A DNA stretch of 61,324 bases, filler included, from Fonticula-like sp. SCN 57-25 (GCA_001724245.1; 11 parts of 11 records of this genome joined end to end with filler, not necessarily neighbours in it), one strand, 5' to 3'. Shown: positions 13,912 to 29,006, counted from the whole stretch's first letter. Translations and numbers: made by a program. Notes: generated by a model from the sequence alone, not told the origin.

Positions 13912-14845
13912 TCAATGTTGCCCTTCTTCGTGCGCGCGCTCGTCCATCAAAATCATATTTTGCACCTCCTGAATGCTCTTAAAGTACCTCACTGTCTTGA
14001 CGCGCAGCTCGAGCGTCGCATTCTCGTCGCACACGATCATTGCCCGCAAATGGTTCTGAATTGCCGACGCCGTCCACATGTGGCTGACGCCTTCCTCTAT
14101 ACACTTTGACAGCGCCAGCGCCTTTTGCGCTCCTGTTGCACGTGTCAGTACGCGCGACGGCGGTGTTTTCTCGAGCTGCGCACCCGTCATCATGACGACC
14201 ACTTCCCGCGCGTCCATGACTGTCCCGACGCCCATCGTGAGCGCGAGCTTGGGGACTTTGGCGAGCACGCCGCCAAATTTTGCCGCGTTCGCCATGATGG
14301 TCTCGTAGGCGAGCGTCTTGACGCGCGTGCGCGACGTGAGCGATGAGCCGGGTTCATTAAAGGCCATATGCCCGTCGGTGCCGACGGCTGCGGGATGCCA
14401 ATGAGCGCGCATGCCAGGGCGATCATCAAAGCGTACCGCTGAGAAGAAGCTCAATGCCGCCGTAGCGTGCAATTGTTTCCTCGTATTGCCTGCATTCCAA
14501 GTCTAGATGCTCTGCATTCCCGTCCAGGAGATGCACGTTCTCAGCCTTGATGTCAACGTGCTTGAAAAGGTTGTGCCACATGAAAGAGTGGCACGATTCT
14601 GGGTGATCGCGCGGCAGCCCAACATACTCGTCCATATTAAACGTTACTACATTCTCAAACGACACTTTGCCCTGCTGAAACAGCTCGACAAGCCGGTGGT
14701 AAATGTCGACGGGCGAGTTGCACATTGGCAGGCCGAGCACAAACGGCCGCATCTTGCTCGGCGAAAACTTTACAATCCTCTGGACAATATAATTGGCAAC
14801 ATACTCTGCAACCGAGTCGGGGTCAGGCTTGATCATTAACCTCAT
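13912..14845 (-). CDS. GNPDA: Glucosamine-6-phosphate deaminase homolog (divergent), 3 exons
   Basis: VVTFNMDEYVGLPRDHPES, DGHMAFNEPGSSLTSRTRVKTL and EEGVSHMWTASAIQ.H. Confidence 0.9.
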
Positions 14846-15063
14846 GCCGGGCGGTTATATATAAAGAATCCCTGCTGAAATGCGTCGATGGCGCCCACGG
14901 CCACTTTGCTGACACACCACTTTGAATTGCAATCAAAAGTGGCAATTTTGTGCCCGATGGCGCATTGAATGTCGGTCCAAAAGATATCAAAATAGGTGTA
15001 TTGGATAACTGCAATGGGACTAGACAAATAGCAAACGCAGATGCTTACGAGATATATCAACAA

Positions 15064-16513
15064 CTACGTTTGTTCTACCTGGATGGCGCGGATGTCCAGC
15101 CCGAGCCGCGTGACGCACGTCGCCGTCGCCTTCTCCTCATCCTCGTGGTACGCCACAGCGCGCATGCTCTTCAAGCCGCGCGGCAAATTGAGCGTCGCGA
15201 CCATCTCTACGTAGTACACGTCGCTCTCCTCGATCCATGTCGAGTTTCGCTTCATACCGTGATGCGCCTTTAGCGAGGTGATGTCCGCCGGCAGCATGTT
15301 GGCGGTGCTGGCCTGCCGAAGCGGGGTGGCCTGCGCGGCGACGCTCGCGACAGAGGGAAGAGGGGCGCTATGGGGTGACATGGGGACGGCGGTGGCGGCG
15401 GCCGGCAGCGTCGAGACAGGCGTGAGGCTCGCGAAACGCGCCTCTGAAGCAAAGGTGAGCAGGGAGAAAAGGGAAAAATGATGTAAATTTACACTAGAAT
15501 ACACACAAAAATACACCAAAAAGACATAAAATTACACCAAATACACTTCAACATAGTCTTAAAACTATAAAAAATGTGCCAAGTGCGTACGTGTCACAAT
15601 GTCGTAGAGGTCCTTGTAGAGCACCTTGTAGGCAGCCTGCTCGGCGTTCTTTAGACTTGTCGGGTCCTTTGCCTCGGCTGCACATCACCAAAATAAGTAC
15701 TTTTGCCTTCTTTTTTACAATAAAAACATACCCGAAAGCTTGCCAAAGGGCCATGTGACCGTGGCCTTGTACACTGCCCCGACTTGCTCAAGAGAGGTAT
15801 ACACATTCACCTGCGGGTAGATGTTGCGGCACACGTCCTGGATCGTCTTTGGCAGATCCTCCGACTCTGTCAGCAGCGGCACGAGGCGCTCGTCGCGCGC
15901 GTTCAGGTCGGGGAACACCTTGGCAAATTGCGCCGGGCCGACGCTCGCCTGCGCAGGGGTCGGATCGTGCGCGTAAAAGGATGGCGGCGTCGCGTAGTAC
16001 ACGGGCGCATCGCCCATCGGCCCGCCGCCGACATCATTGACAAGAAGCTCAAGCTGCTCGGCCATCGCCTGGTAGGCGGCGCGCTCGGCCTCCTTGAGCG
16101 TCCGGCCTTCGCCGTATGCTGACGGCATCGGTGAGCACGCGGTCACAGGGGATCGGATCAACTAGAGCGTACCCGGCGGCGGATCGCCAGCTGGCCAATA
16201 TACAGTGCACTGAAAGTTGCGCAGATGGTCGGGGCCATCAAAGCCGTGCTCGACGGTGCATTTTGTCCGGAACACGCGCAGGCAGAATTCGTGGAGCGCG
16301 TTTGCGGGGTTCCTACGCAGAAACGAGCATGAGAACAAGGGATCACGAGCGAATAGGGGGGCCATACCCTGAGCGCCAGCGCCTAAATGATTCAAACTCC
16401 TTGGCGTCCGGGCCAGACACGCCAAAGTACGTGAGGTACGGGTTGGTTCCGTGGCGACCAGAGCGGCTCGACATCGTTGCCTCGCTTTGCAGCCCGCTGC
16501 GGTCGAGTTGGTA
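15064..16513 (-). CDS. Protein with two putative double-stranded RNA-binding domains, 5'-truncated, multi-exon
   Basis: NPANALHEFC..GPDHLRNFQCTV..GEGRTLKEAERAAYQAM. A second degenerate repeat reads PKTIQDVC..YKATVTWP..SLKNAEQAAYKVL. Confidence 0.6.
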
Positions 16514-16613
16514 NNNNNNNNNNNNNNNNNNNNNNNNNNNNNNNNNNNNNNNNNNNNTTAATTAATTAANNNNNNNNNNNNNNNNNNNNNNNNNNNNNNN
16601 NNNNNNNNNNNNN

Positions 16614-16760
16614 ACGCCGATCAGCATCAACGCGACGCCGGTCGAGATCAAGCCCGTGCCCGTGTCGCTAAAGACCGAGGTCGACCCCAACGCAATGGAC
16701 GTCGACGACGACTACGACGCGCCGGGGCCCGCCACGAAAAAGGCAAAGGAGAGCTCGTGA
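16614..16760 (+). CDS. C-terminal fragment of an unidentified protein
   Basis: Open frame from the contig start to TGA: ..AMDVDDDYDAPGPATKKAKESS*. Confidence 0.4.
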   Translation, partial: TPISINATPVEIKPVPVSLKTEVDPNAMDVDDDYDAPGPATKKAKESS

Positions 16761-16947
16761 CCCCGCTAATGTGGCTTTCTTTTTTCACCCTCTTTGTTTC
16801 CTCTTCTTCTTGTGTTACCTTTGTGATCTGATGGTCTGATCTGTACAGTAGAGCAAAATCGATATGATATCTATTTCCTAAAGCGACACTTTCATATTGG
16901 CATTGCGGGCATTAACAGTGGAAACCCGAAAGCGCTGCCTATCCATA

Positions 16948-19090
16948 TCAATAGTACTTGACCTGGGTCACGGCGCGGATGAGGTCGCCAATGTGGACGC
17001 CGGCCTGCTCGTACGCCTCAATTGCAAAGTTGTTCTCCGCCGCCATAATGTCCATGGTGATCTCGTGGATGCGCATGTAGACGATGATGACATCGGCGAC
17101 CATGGAGATGACAAAGCGGGCGCAGGCGCCGACGACGCACGAGATGAGGTCCGAGGCAAACTCGCGGATGCTCTCGACGAGCGCGGTGGTCGAGCACGCC
17201 TCCATCGAGTCGGCGTAGCCCTCAATGCCCTTGCCGAGCAGGTTGAGGCCGCGGTACACATCGCCGGCGTCAAAGCAGTCGAAGGCCTCCTCAAAGTAGG
17301 CAAACGTCTCGGACAGGTTGTCGGTGCAGTTCTCAAAGTCCCAGCCCTTCTCGCCGAGGCCGACGGTGATGCCGTTGAAGAGCTGCTCCTGCGGGGTAAA
17401 GTCGCTGGTGCCCGACACCTTGACGAGGATGCGGAGCACGTCGATGGGCTTGCGGTTGACGAGGTAGCGGATCTCGTAGATGCCGTCGGGCAGGAAGAGG
17501 CCAAAGTTGTAGTTGCCCTCGGTGACAATGTCGTTGCCGGGGTTGAGCTCGCCGTTCACGTACACGTAGGCGAGGAACTGGTCGTTCTCGGCCTGCGGCG
17601 AGTAGACGGCCAGCCAGTCGTCGGCGCAGGCCTCGTCGTCGGGCACGTGCCAGCTGACCGACACGGGCTCGCCGTACGGCACGCGGCGCGGCTCGGCCTG
17701 GATGCTCTTGTGCTGCACAAAGATCTCGAGGTCGCCGTCGTGGCCGCGCGCGTAGGCGGTCCACCAGCCGCTGCGGTCGTGAACGACAAAGGGCTGGCTC
17801 GTGAGGCGGCCGCGCTCGGGGTGGCCGAGGCTGATCCAGTTGGACCAGCTGCCCCACATCTCAGACTGCCACATGTGGTACAGCTGACCATCAGCGCCAG
17901 TCACAAAGACCTCGAGGCCCTCGTGGATGTTGCTAGCAACAAACAGGTCGACCATCTCCTCGTCAACGGGCGCGGGGCAGTCGCCGCCAATCTCATAGTA
18001 GGCGCCCCAGGTGCAGAACGACCACGGGTTGTCGATCGTCACGCAGGTCGTCTGCCAAGTGTGCCACATCTTGTTGTTGCTGGAATGGGAAAAGCATAGG
18101 AAAAGGATAGGAAAAGGAAAGGAAAAGGATAGGAAAAGGATAGGAAAAGCATTGGAAAAGCAATGTGTAAGCGTCAATTAATTCGTAAAAAAGAAGGGCG
18201 TACGTTCCGCGGACAAAGACCTCGAGGACGCCGTTCCAGACGCTGCCCGACATCTTGTGGACGACGGGGTTCGAGTTGAAGGAAGGCTGCGACCAGCACT
18301 CCCAGAGCGAGTACCAATCATGCCAAACCTCGTCCTTGTGCTGCCACGCCTGGTACAGGCAGTTGTCATCGAGGACCGCAAAGGCCTCGAGAAGGCCAGT
18401 GAAATCGTTGAGGGCGACGGCGATGCGGCTCTTGGCGCGCCTCTCGCCAAACACGTTAACCGACCACGCGGTCCAGTCGCGAGCACCAGGCTGCGACTCG
18501 TGGGCCTCGTACACAAAGCCGTCGACATCGACGTAGACAAAGAGGCGGCCGTTCTTGGCGCGGACCGCGACGAGCTTGCCGGTGGCAAGGGCCTCGGCCT
18601 CGGGGATCACAGAGCCGACAAGGGTCCAGTTGGAGAAGGCATGAACGACGTCGGCCTGCTGGTAGATGGCGTAGACCTGGCCGTCGTTGGCGATGGCGAA
18701 CACGGCAATGAGGCTAGTGGCGTCGGCGACGGCGACGGGGGTGTCGCGGATGCCGAGGCCGTTGGGCGAGCCAAACTCCTCCCAGTCTCCCCAGCCCTCG
18801 CGGGTGGTCACCTGCCAGCGGCCCCACAGGTTCTCGTCATAGCCGCGAGCAAACACAGCCTTGAGGGTGGTGTGCGGGTCATCCGCCGCGGTGAAGGGAT
18901 CGCGATCACCCTCAACCGGGTGCACAATGTTGGAGCCACGAACATAGGGCTCCTCCTCGCGGTGCTGGCAAGTATGCAGCTCAAGCCAGCCGCTCGAGCC
19001 CACAAGCGACGTCGAGTTGAGCGAACCCTTGGCGTGCGCGAGCGCCGCAAGGGCGCACAGCGCCACGATCACCAGGCGCGCCGACGGCAT
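16948..19090 (-). CDS. Secreted Trp-rich beta-propeller (PLL/tectonin-like lectin) fused to an Ig-like module and a Cys-containing helical domain, 2 exons
   Basis: Signal peptide; repeats of the type xVFARGxDxxLxxxWQ..W.xW..LG; the module VSWHV..DDWLAVY..YEIRYL; intron 18080-18203. Confidence 0.7.
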
Positions 19091-19164
19091 TGTGTGTGAC
19101 CACTCTCGTGTTCAGGCGCGTGCACATGAATGCGACGCATATTTCCTTTTTGGGACGACCGTAG

Positions 19165-19196
19165 TGACGTAGATCGTGACGTCAGTAGTGACGTCA
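19165..19196. promoter_or_regulatory. Cluster of three CRE/ATF-like sites at 12-bp spacing
   Basis: TGACGTA(G) at 19165 and TGACGTCA at 19177 and 19189, in the divergent intergenic region between the lectin and NDR kinase genes. Confidence 0.45.
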
Positions 19197-19449
19197 GCAC
19201 TGTTGTGTGTCTCGAACGCGCGTCCACATCGCCAGAACGCTCCGCCCCTCGCCGCCGCCGAGGGTTTCATCTGTTTATTCTACACCGCCCCCTGAGCAGC
19301 GTGCTCCTATTTGGTTCCTGGTGGACGCGTATCAAGGTTAAGCGCGAAAGAGACTGTGATTTCACGAGGCTCTTTGTTGGCGATCAAGCACATTTTTTTT
19401 AGGTGATTGGAATTTTATACTTTTTGCCCACGAGTGGCGCCCGCAGATC

Positions 19450-21563
<2,114 letters not shown>

Positions 21564-21896
21564 TAATCATTCTCGTCGCCCGCCGCATTTCTCATATGTG
21601 TTTTCCCGCGTCTCTTTTGAATTATTTCCAATGCTTTCATCGCCGGCAATCGCGCACTTTTACAGGTGGCTGCACAACTGTTCGTTCCCCTCTGTGATTT
21701 TCGCGGCAAATTGCCAGAAAAAGATACTATTTTTGTCCTTGAGTTGTCCTTTTTCTCTGCTCTTTCCACCTTTTCATCCCCGCCGCCTTGGCACTCTGAA
21801 TGCATGGACCCAATACATACATTGATCATATTTTCATGCCTGCTGCGGCCCTACCTGGTATAAAAGCAAAGTACAATTGAAAATAATAACATTTGA

Positions 21897-22036
21897 CTAT
21901 GAGTCGGTTGAGTGCGAGTCGCCCTTGGTCTTGTTCTTGCGCGCCTCGAGCTCGGCGGGGAGCCGCGACTTTGGCCGGACAGTGTACTGGAAGAAAGTGG
22001 GGGCCTGGACGCGCACGCGGCGGGTGGTCTTGTCGG
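21897..22036 (-). CDS. C-terminal fragment of an unidentified protein
   Basis: GC-rich open frame from the contig edge: ..APTFFQYTVRPKSRLPAELEARKNKTKGDSHSTDS*. Confidence 0.4.
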
Positions 22037-22136
22037 NNNNNNNNNNNNNNNNNNNNNNNNNNNNNNNNNNNNNNNNNNNNTTAATTAATTAANNNNNNNN
22101 NNNNNNNNNNNNNNNNNNNNNNNNNNNNNNNNNNNN

Positions 22137-23670
22137 AAACCTCAAAGTGACAGAATTTTGGTCCCATCAAGTTCTTTACTCCCAGAACAACATGCCTGGC
22201 AAGACCACTTTTGAGAAACTTGAGGAAACTTATCCAAACCGTCTCCAACATGGGACAAAATATGAGAGCAACCCAACTACCTTACATACATTCAAAGAAG
22301 ACTTGGAACTATTGTACACAACGGTGCCCTTCTTCTCCCCATTTCCACTTATGGTTTCAAGTCGCGGTAGACCAGAGCAATGGAAAGTAGCTATGCAAAT
22401 GTACAAGGCACCAGCTTCCATTGGCACTCCATATATGACAATTGAGGAGCGTGCAGCGGTTTACGAGAGAATAAGCTCCCAACCGGATGTTGTTCAGATG
22501 GCCTTGCAAAAAAAGGTTTTCTCCATTTGTGACATCTTTTTCTCCCTCGATCAGACGTGCAAAACTCAGGAACAGTTGGCTATTGCAATGAGTGATTTGT
22601 TTTCTAAAATCTCAGTGGACCCACTAACCAAGGGAGAAGATGGAGAAACGTTGTTGCATTGCGCATGCCGAAACAACAAGACTGTCCGTAAAAAAAATAT
22701 TGACAGCACTGACAATTTGATCTTTATATAGTATTTTGTTACCTATCTGCTTTCAGAGATGAAAATCGACCTAAATGTTAGAAATGATCTTGGTGAAACA
22801 GCGCTTCACCTGTCCGCGGCATTGGGGCATACACAATTGGTTAATATTTTAGTCCGTTTTGGAGCTGATGTGTTAGCAAAAGATGGAAGAGGTTCTACTG
22901 TTTTTGAAATGTTGAATCTCAATGTGCAAGCTGCAATTCTTGGAAAACATATCTTAGGACAACGTGATGACAAGAATGCACTGAAGATTGCAAGACTGGG
23001 AAAGCCATTATTACGGCAGTTACTTTCCAGAATTGCTGCAAATGGGCTTACCAAACAATTTTTGCCACTATTTGACGAACTTGCTGAGCTATATCCCTCT
23101 TCAGAGAATGAATTTTGGTTTGAGAGAGATGGGTCTAATGGAAGGTCATTGGTAAGATGAATGAAAATATTTGTGTTATAATATGAGAATTAGTTTCATA
23201 CAGCTTGCCACTCTCTTAATGTCAACATGGTGGAAAGGTTACTGGATTGTAACTCTTTTTTCCCCTCCATAGATAGGGAAGGGCATGTACGAAGATTCTT
23301 GGAGACTCATCTGGATGAATCTAACAACACACCTATGCATCTCTGTTGCGAGAGGGTGTACCAGTCAGCAAACCGAGCCAAGATAATTAATGTATTGTTG
23401 AAATATAACACTAATTTGGATCTGCAGAATAAGGACGGTGATACTGTATTGCATCTGGCTGCGCGAAATATGTTTAAGAATGTGTGCAAATCTCTCATTG
23501 CAGCGCAAGCAAAGAGGGATATTTCGAATCACAATGGAGAGACTGCGCAGCAAATACTGAACCAGGTGGAACAAGAGCAAGAGGCAAAGAAGAGTGCAAA
23601 GCGAAAGACGAAAAGACAAGATAGCGTGGATTTGAAGCTTAACAAGAAACGACGAATAGAGGATAAGTAG
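22137..23670 (+). CDS. Ankyrin-repeat protein, 5'-truncated, 3 visible exons
   Basis: GETLLHCAC, GETALHLSA, NTPMHLCC and GDTVLHLAA repeats; basic NLS-like tail; TAG stop. Confidence 0.8.
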
Positions 23671-23797
23671 ATTGCAATGTTATGCGATTCCAACAAAATA
23701 TGCTGGCAACTTTTGCAACCATTGCTCTCCAGAATAACAAAATGAGTCTCTGTAGTCGCTGAGTGGTTGACTTGCGCAAAAATTTGATTGTGCCACA

Positions 23798-25550
23798 ATG
23801 CCCTCAATAAAAGTGAAGAAGCAAGCCAAGAGGACGCTAAAATTTATAAACCATGTATTTGGCACGCTCAAACCACCCTACAAGATACTCTGTATGTTTT
23901 TTTTTTCGCATGCATCACCCCTGCGAACCATTATTTGCTGTTATTGTTCTAATTGTTACTGTTGCTGTTGTTGCCACTGCTACTGCTATTGTTGCTACTG
24001 TTATACAGTTGATGCTGAGATGATTGCGACACTTGCCATGCAAAAAGTACCCTTCCGACAACAGATTGAAGAGCAATTGCCACCCAATCATGGTTTCAGT
24101 TGCAGTTCGTTAACAGCAAAAAAAAAGAAAGATAGACTCTGTCTCATTCTAATCACGTTACACAATTGCTCAAATCACACACGTTGCATGATTTCATTGC
24201 ATCTCACACGTGTGCGCATGCATTGCATCTCACATCTGCAACACATCACACATTGTTGAATTGCACCACATCACATTGTTCACATCTGTGACACCATTCA
24301 GTTACTACTAGCCAGGTGGTCGACTACTTGCGTTCCTTTGGGGACAAGTATTCCGATGCGATCACGCTCGCCAGATCGCTGCAACGACCGAACGCGAAGC
24401 GATTCTCGCGCGACACTCGGGAGGGCGATCTGTTCCAGGGGGGCAAGACGGGCAGCGCGCGCGTAGCGACCATTGAGGACGTGTACAGGAGCGTGTTCGA
24501 GCTGCTCGGCGAGAACAACGAGCAGCGCTTCGTGTGTGCGGTGAACGACGTGTCCCTGCGATACCACATCCGTCGCAAGTATCTGAATGTTATGATTCTG
24601 CGTGCGGATCGATCGGTGGTCCATTTTGAGCCACCGACGAGACAGCAGCTCAAATTTGCAGAAAAGGTTTGTCACATTTGTGACTTTCACTCCTTGTATG
24701 TGTGTGTGTGTGTGTTTGTTGTTATTTCACTCTTTGTATGTGTTGTTGTTTCACTCTTTGTATGTGTGTGCTCTTTCACTCCTTGTATGCACTGTTCTCT
24801 CAATGTATGTCTGTGCTTGCTCTTCCATCTCTCTCTCTGTATGTGCTGTTTATGTATGTGATGTTCTCTCTCTGTATGTGCTCTTCTCTCACACACACAC
24901 ACTCTCTGTATAAATTGTATCTCTGTTGTTATTAACCTGTGCACCAACAATAGTCCCAATCTTCGAACATTAAGAACTTCAATGCATTGAGTGACTGGGA
25001 ACGCGAGATGCTTGAAAAGTTGCAGGAGGGTGAAAATCCGACACTCAATGAAATACTTAAACCAGTGGATCAGAAGAGCAAGAAAGATCCTGTAGGCACA
25101 GCACAAAAGGGGGAGCAAAAGGACAAGAAGCGCCAACGAGAGGAGACTCTTGATACACTGGAAGAGGAAGAAATGGAAGGTCAACTGGAGCAAGAGGGTA
25201 GCGAAGAAGAAGCGAGTGAACAGGAGGATGAGCAAGAGCAACAAGTTATCGACGTGAAGCAGAAAGTAAAGAAGCAACAGACGCTCGAAAATTCAGCAAA
25301 GAAGCGAAAGGTGCTCACAAGTTCAGCAGAGAAACAACAACAAGTGACCAAGAGTTCAGTAGAGAAGCAAAGAGTGCCTGAGCAGCAAGGAAACAAACCA
25401 AAACTGTTCACAAAGAAGCTGCAAAATCTTGCAGCAGAAGAGGGCTCAGTAACAAAGGGACAGCAAGCAAGAAGTACCGCCAAGAAACCAACAGTATCAA
25501 AGCAAATGCGTATTAGAAACGCAAGACAAGCCGTAAAGCAACTAAACTGA
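23798..25550 (+). CDS. UTP23: UTP23/Fcf1-like PIN-domain rRNA-processing protein with a long charged tail, multi-exon
   Basis: The N-terminus MPSIKVKKQAKRTLKFINHVFGTLKPPYKIL|VD resembles UTP23. FVCAVNDVSLRYHIR matches the YxVATQDxxLR motif. Confidence 0.6.
24697..24907. repeat. GT/CT microsatellite-rich intron
   Basis: (TG)n, (TC)n and repeated TTCACTCTTTGTATGTG units. Confidence 0.7.
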
Positions 25551-25828
25551 AAACTCATAAAACGACCAATCCAAAAACACAAGACAAGCTGTAAAGAAAC
25601 TAAACTGAAAACACCACACGTAAAACAACCAAACTGAAAACACAAGAAATAAAACAACCAAACTGACAACATCACACGTTAAACAACCAAACTAGAACAC
25701 CAATGTTCAATCTGTGTGTTTCCTCGAAGCAAACCAAAACGAACAAGGAACTCCTACAATCAACTCGCGTGTCAACCTGTGTAAAATTTTTTTGCTTTAC
25801 TTATTTCCGTCGACAAAGCAGCAGTAGC

Positions 25829-27418
25829 ATGTTGTTGGATAGCTCCAAGGAAATAGTGGCTGGGATTGCAGCACTCTTCAAAGACGAAAGGACATCCGAT
25901 GTTACGCTGTACATTGGCGATGAGCGCACGGCAATCAAGGCACACCGCGTAATTCTGAGTCTCCAGTCCGACTTTTTCAAGGCCATGTTGTACAGCGACC
26001 TTCAGGAGGGAATCTCCCACGAAGTTGAAATGCCCGAACCGTTGAGCGAAGTGATTCCGGTTGTGGAGTTCATGTACACCAATCGGATTGAATTGGACTC
26101 TGATAACATTATCAGCATCCTTGGGGTCGCCCACAAGTACCAGGTGAAATCACTGTGCCATTTGATCGTCGCCGATTTGCACAAGGAGATCACCACAATG
26201 GACGGGGCGTTCCAGGTGCTCCAGATCGCCGACTACTACCAGCTCAAGCAGCTGGAACGCAGCGCACTGCGCTTCATTTTCGCCTCCTTTTCAATGGTCG
26301 TGAGGAGCGATGCGTTCCTGAAGCTCGAAATGCCGACCGTCATGAAACTGCTCAACGACGAGGAACTGTTTGCCTCGGAGCTCCTCATCTTCACTGCCGT
26401 CGATCGGTACATCCGGGAGAGGAACATTGAAGATGACGAGAAGAGGCACAAGCTGCTCTCCTGCGTGCGTCTGTGCTACGTGCCGCTCAAGGAAATGTTC
26501 ACCGTCATTCGTCCGTCGAAGCGCTTCTCGGAGCAGGCAATCTACGCGGCCCTCGAGTACCAGGCGAATCCACACACCTCGTCGTACATCTTCACGCCGA
26601 GGAAATTCGGAAGTGCCGCGGATACAGAGGAGTTGGTCTTTGGGAAGGCAGAGGGGAAGATTGTCCATGTGAGTGATCAGGAACCGAATAGAAATGCTGA
26701 CAATTTGCGAGATGGTTCAAATGATGGCTGGTATGTGCGGTGGGTTGGTTGGTTTGTGATGTGTGATGTGGTTGGTAATGTGTGATGTGTGGTTTGTAAT
26801 GTGATGTGTGCTTGGTTTGTATGTTAGTTTGTGATGTGTGGTTTGTTTGTGTATGTACTGTATTTGCATGTTAGTTTGTAATATGTGTGCTTGGTTTGTA
26901 TGTACTTTCTTTTCATGTTACTTTGTAATGTGTGTGTGTGTGCTCTTGAAATATATGTTAGTTTGTATGCTAGTTAGTGCATGTGTTTGATGTGGACATG
27001 TACCTGGTTTGCATGTATGAAGAGTTCTTTGCATGTATGAAGAGCTCTTGTTCTTGGAAGTCCAATTTTTCTAACCTATTACTGTACCTTGTTCCCCACA
27101 TAACACAGGGTTACCTACACGAACAATGATGCCCATGTTATCCTTGAGTTATCTGCTGTCACTAAGCTAACCAAAGTGAGAATGAGAAACTATTGCAGCA
27201 AGAAGTATAGCTTGTGGTACAAACCTTACGGGGAAGATGGCGACTGGACACAGCTCCGAGGAACTTCCTGGGAGAGCGTGGAATGGCACAAGGAATTCGA
27301 TGTAGAGTTGGACGGCGAGGAGCCCATTATCACCAGAGACATCAAGCTCATGGTGTCCGATGGAAATTACACAAGCTGGAAGATGATCAATGTTTACGGT
27401 CACAAGATGTGTGCATAA
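25829..27418 (+). CDS. BTB-BACK protein with a C-terminal discoidin/F5-8-like beta domain (BTBD9-like), 2 exons
   Basis: SDVTLYIG..KAHRVILSLQSDFFKAML; BACK domain LLNDEELFASELLIFTAVDRY; second exon 27109-27418. Confidence 0.82.
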
Positions 27419-27657
27419 AACCCTCGAGGGGCGTGTGTTTGCATAAATGGAGGACAGCTACAAGTGCGTTGTCCCTTCTTTTTTTTTAATCTCAACAAGC
27501 AACTGACCATAATCAAAAGTAAAAGATGTGAAAGCCTCATTGAACCAAGAAGCAGAANNNNNNNNNNNNNNNNNNNNNNNNNNNNNNNNNNNNNNNNNNN
27601 NTTAATTAATTAANNNNNNNNNNNNNNNNNNNNNNNNNNNNNNNNNNNNNNNNNNNN

Positions 27658-29006
27658 GGCCTGCTTGAGCGTGTTCTGAGCATCGATGCTGCGCGCCGAT
27701 CCTATCCGTTCTCTCACGCGGGGCAGCAGCTCGCCGACACGCACGTCAGCCTTGAAGGACGCATGCTCGTCACCCCGCGTCGGCCCAATGTTGATAATCG
27801 CAATGGGCTTTCCTTGCTCGGCCGCAGCCTTGACAAACCGGTACGATGAAAACACCTGCAGCGAACTGCCGGCCACAAGTAACCCGTCGCACTGCAATCA
27901 GGGTTAGACATGTCTGCTTTCGGGTGATGCTAAAGAGAGTGGCACTGCGTACCTGGTCGATGGAGGCAAACGCCCGCTCGACAACCGGTTTCGCAACGTT
28001 CTCACCGAAAAACACCAGTTTCGGCTTTAGAATGCCATCGCACACTGTTATAACAGACCGACAGTGTCAGAGTCACGTCGTTACCGTGCGCTGCTGCATA
28101 CCTGGGCACGTCGGCACGTTGAATGATGCGAAATCCATGCCCTGCATTTCCACGTCGCCGTCCGGTCGCGCAGAGAACGGGTCGGTCTCGGGCGTCACCT
28201 TTGCACTGCGCAAACATTGTCAATTCAAAGCAAACGAAAAACAAATTAAACGACAACTGCCATAACAATGTTAGAGCAAGCACAAGGCTCTCGTGCAGTA
28301 AGCACTCAATAAACGATGACAATGTCGCACCAGAATTCCGGGTTGGAGTTTATCAAAAGGCTCTGCATGACAGCACGCGACAGCTCAAATGCACACTGTT
28401 GGCATTTAATGACGTGCTGGTTACCGTGCAATTCAATGACATTGTGCGATCCTGCCTTCTGATGCAGGACATCAACGTTCTGCGTGATGACGAGCTTCAC
28501 ATGGCCGGAGCCCTCAAGATGCGCGAGCGCGTGATGAGACGCGTTGGCGGGTACCACGGAAAAAGAGTCCCATGCGGCCATTGAGCGCGCCCAAAAGCGT
28601 TGGCGAGTCAGCGGATTGCGCATGAAATCGCCAAAAGTCACAGGCTTGTGGCCGACAGAGTACGAGCCATTCGGACTGCGGTAGTCTGGGATCCCAGACT
28701 CGGTGCTGTGGGAAAGCGTGGTGAGACTTTGCAGGAATAGGAGTCAATATGAGTGAATGTACCTGACACCTGCGCCTGTGATAACGACAAGATGCCTGCG
28801 GGTACTGCAGTAAACACGCGATTAGGACACATTGACAAGGCGAGCAGCAAGCACAAATTAATGAGGTAGTACCGGACAAAGTCGGACACTCGATCAACCA
28901 AGCTGTCAGATACACCGTCGCCTATTGGTGCCGAAAAAGCACCACGCGCCAATACAGACGCAGTCCGCGAGGCACGCGACACAGGTGACACTAGCAATGA
29001 TCGCAT
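27658..29006 (-). CDS. SIRT4: Class II sirtuin (SIRT4-like), multi-exon, 3'-truncated
   Basis: Spliced [69 protein letters not shown] and INIGPTRGD. Confidence 0.9.

Noticed and set aside
16897-19099. Long + strand ORFs (400 and 280 aa) opposite the lectin gene, and similar antisense ORFs over TSC2, ABCF, ESF1 and the Zn2Cys6 gene
   Set aside because: Shadow ORFs caused by high GC3 codon bias on the coding strand; no motifs.
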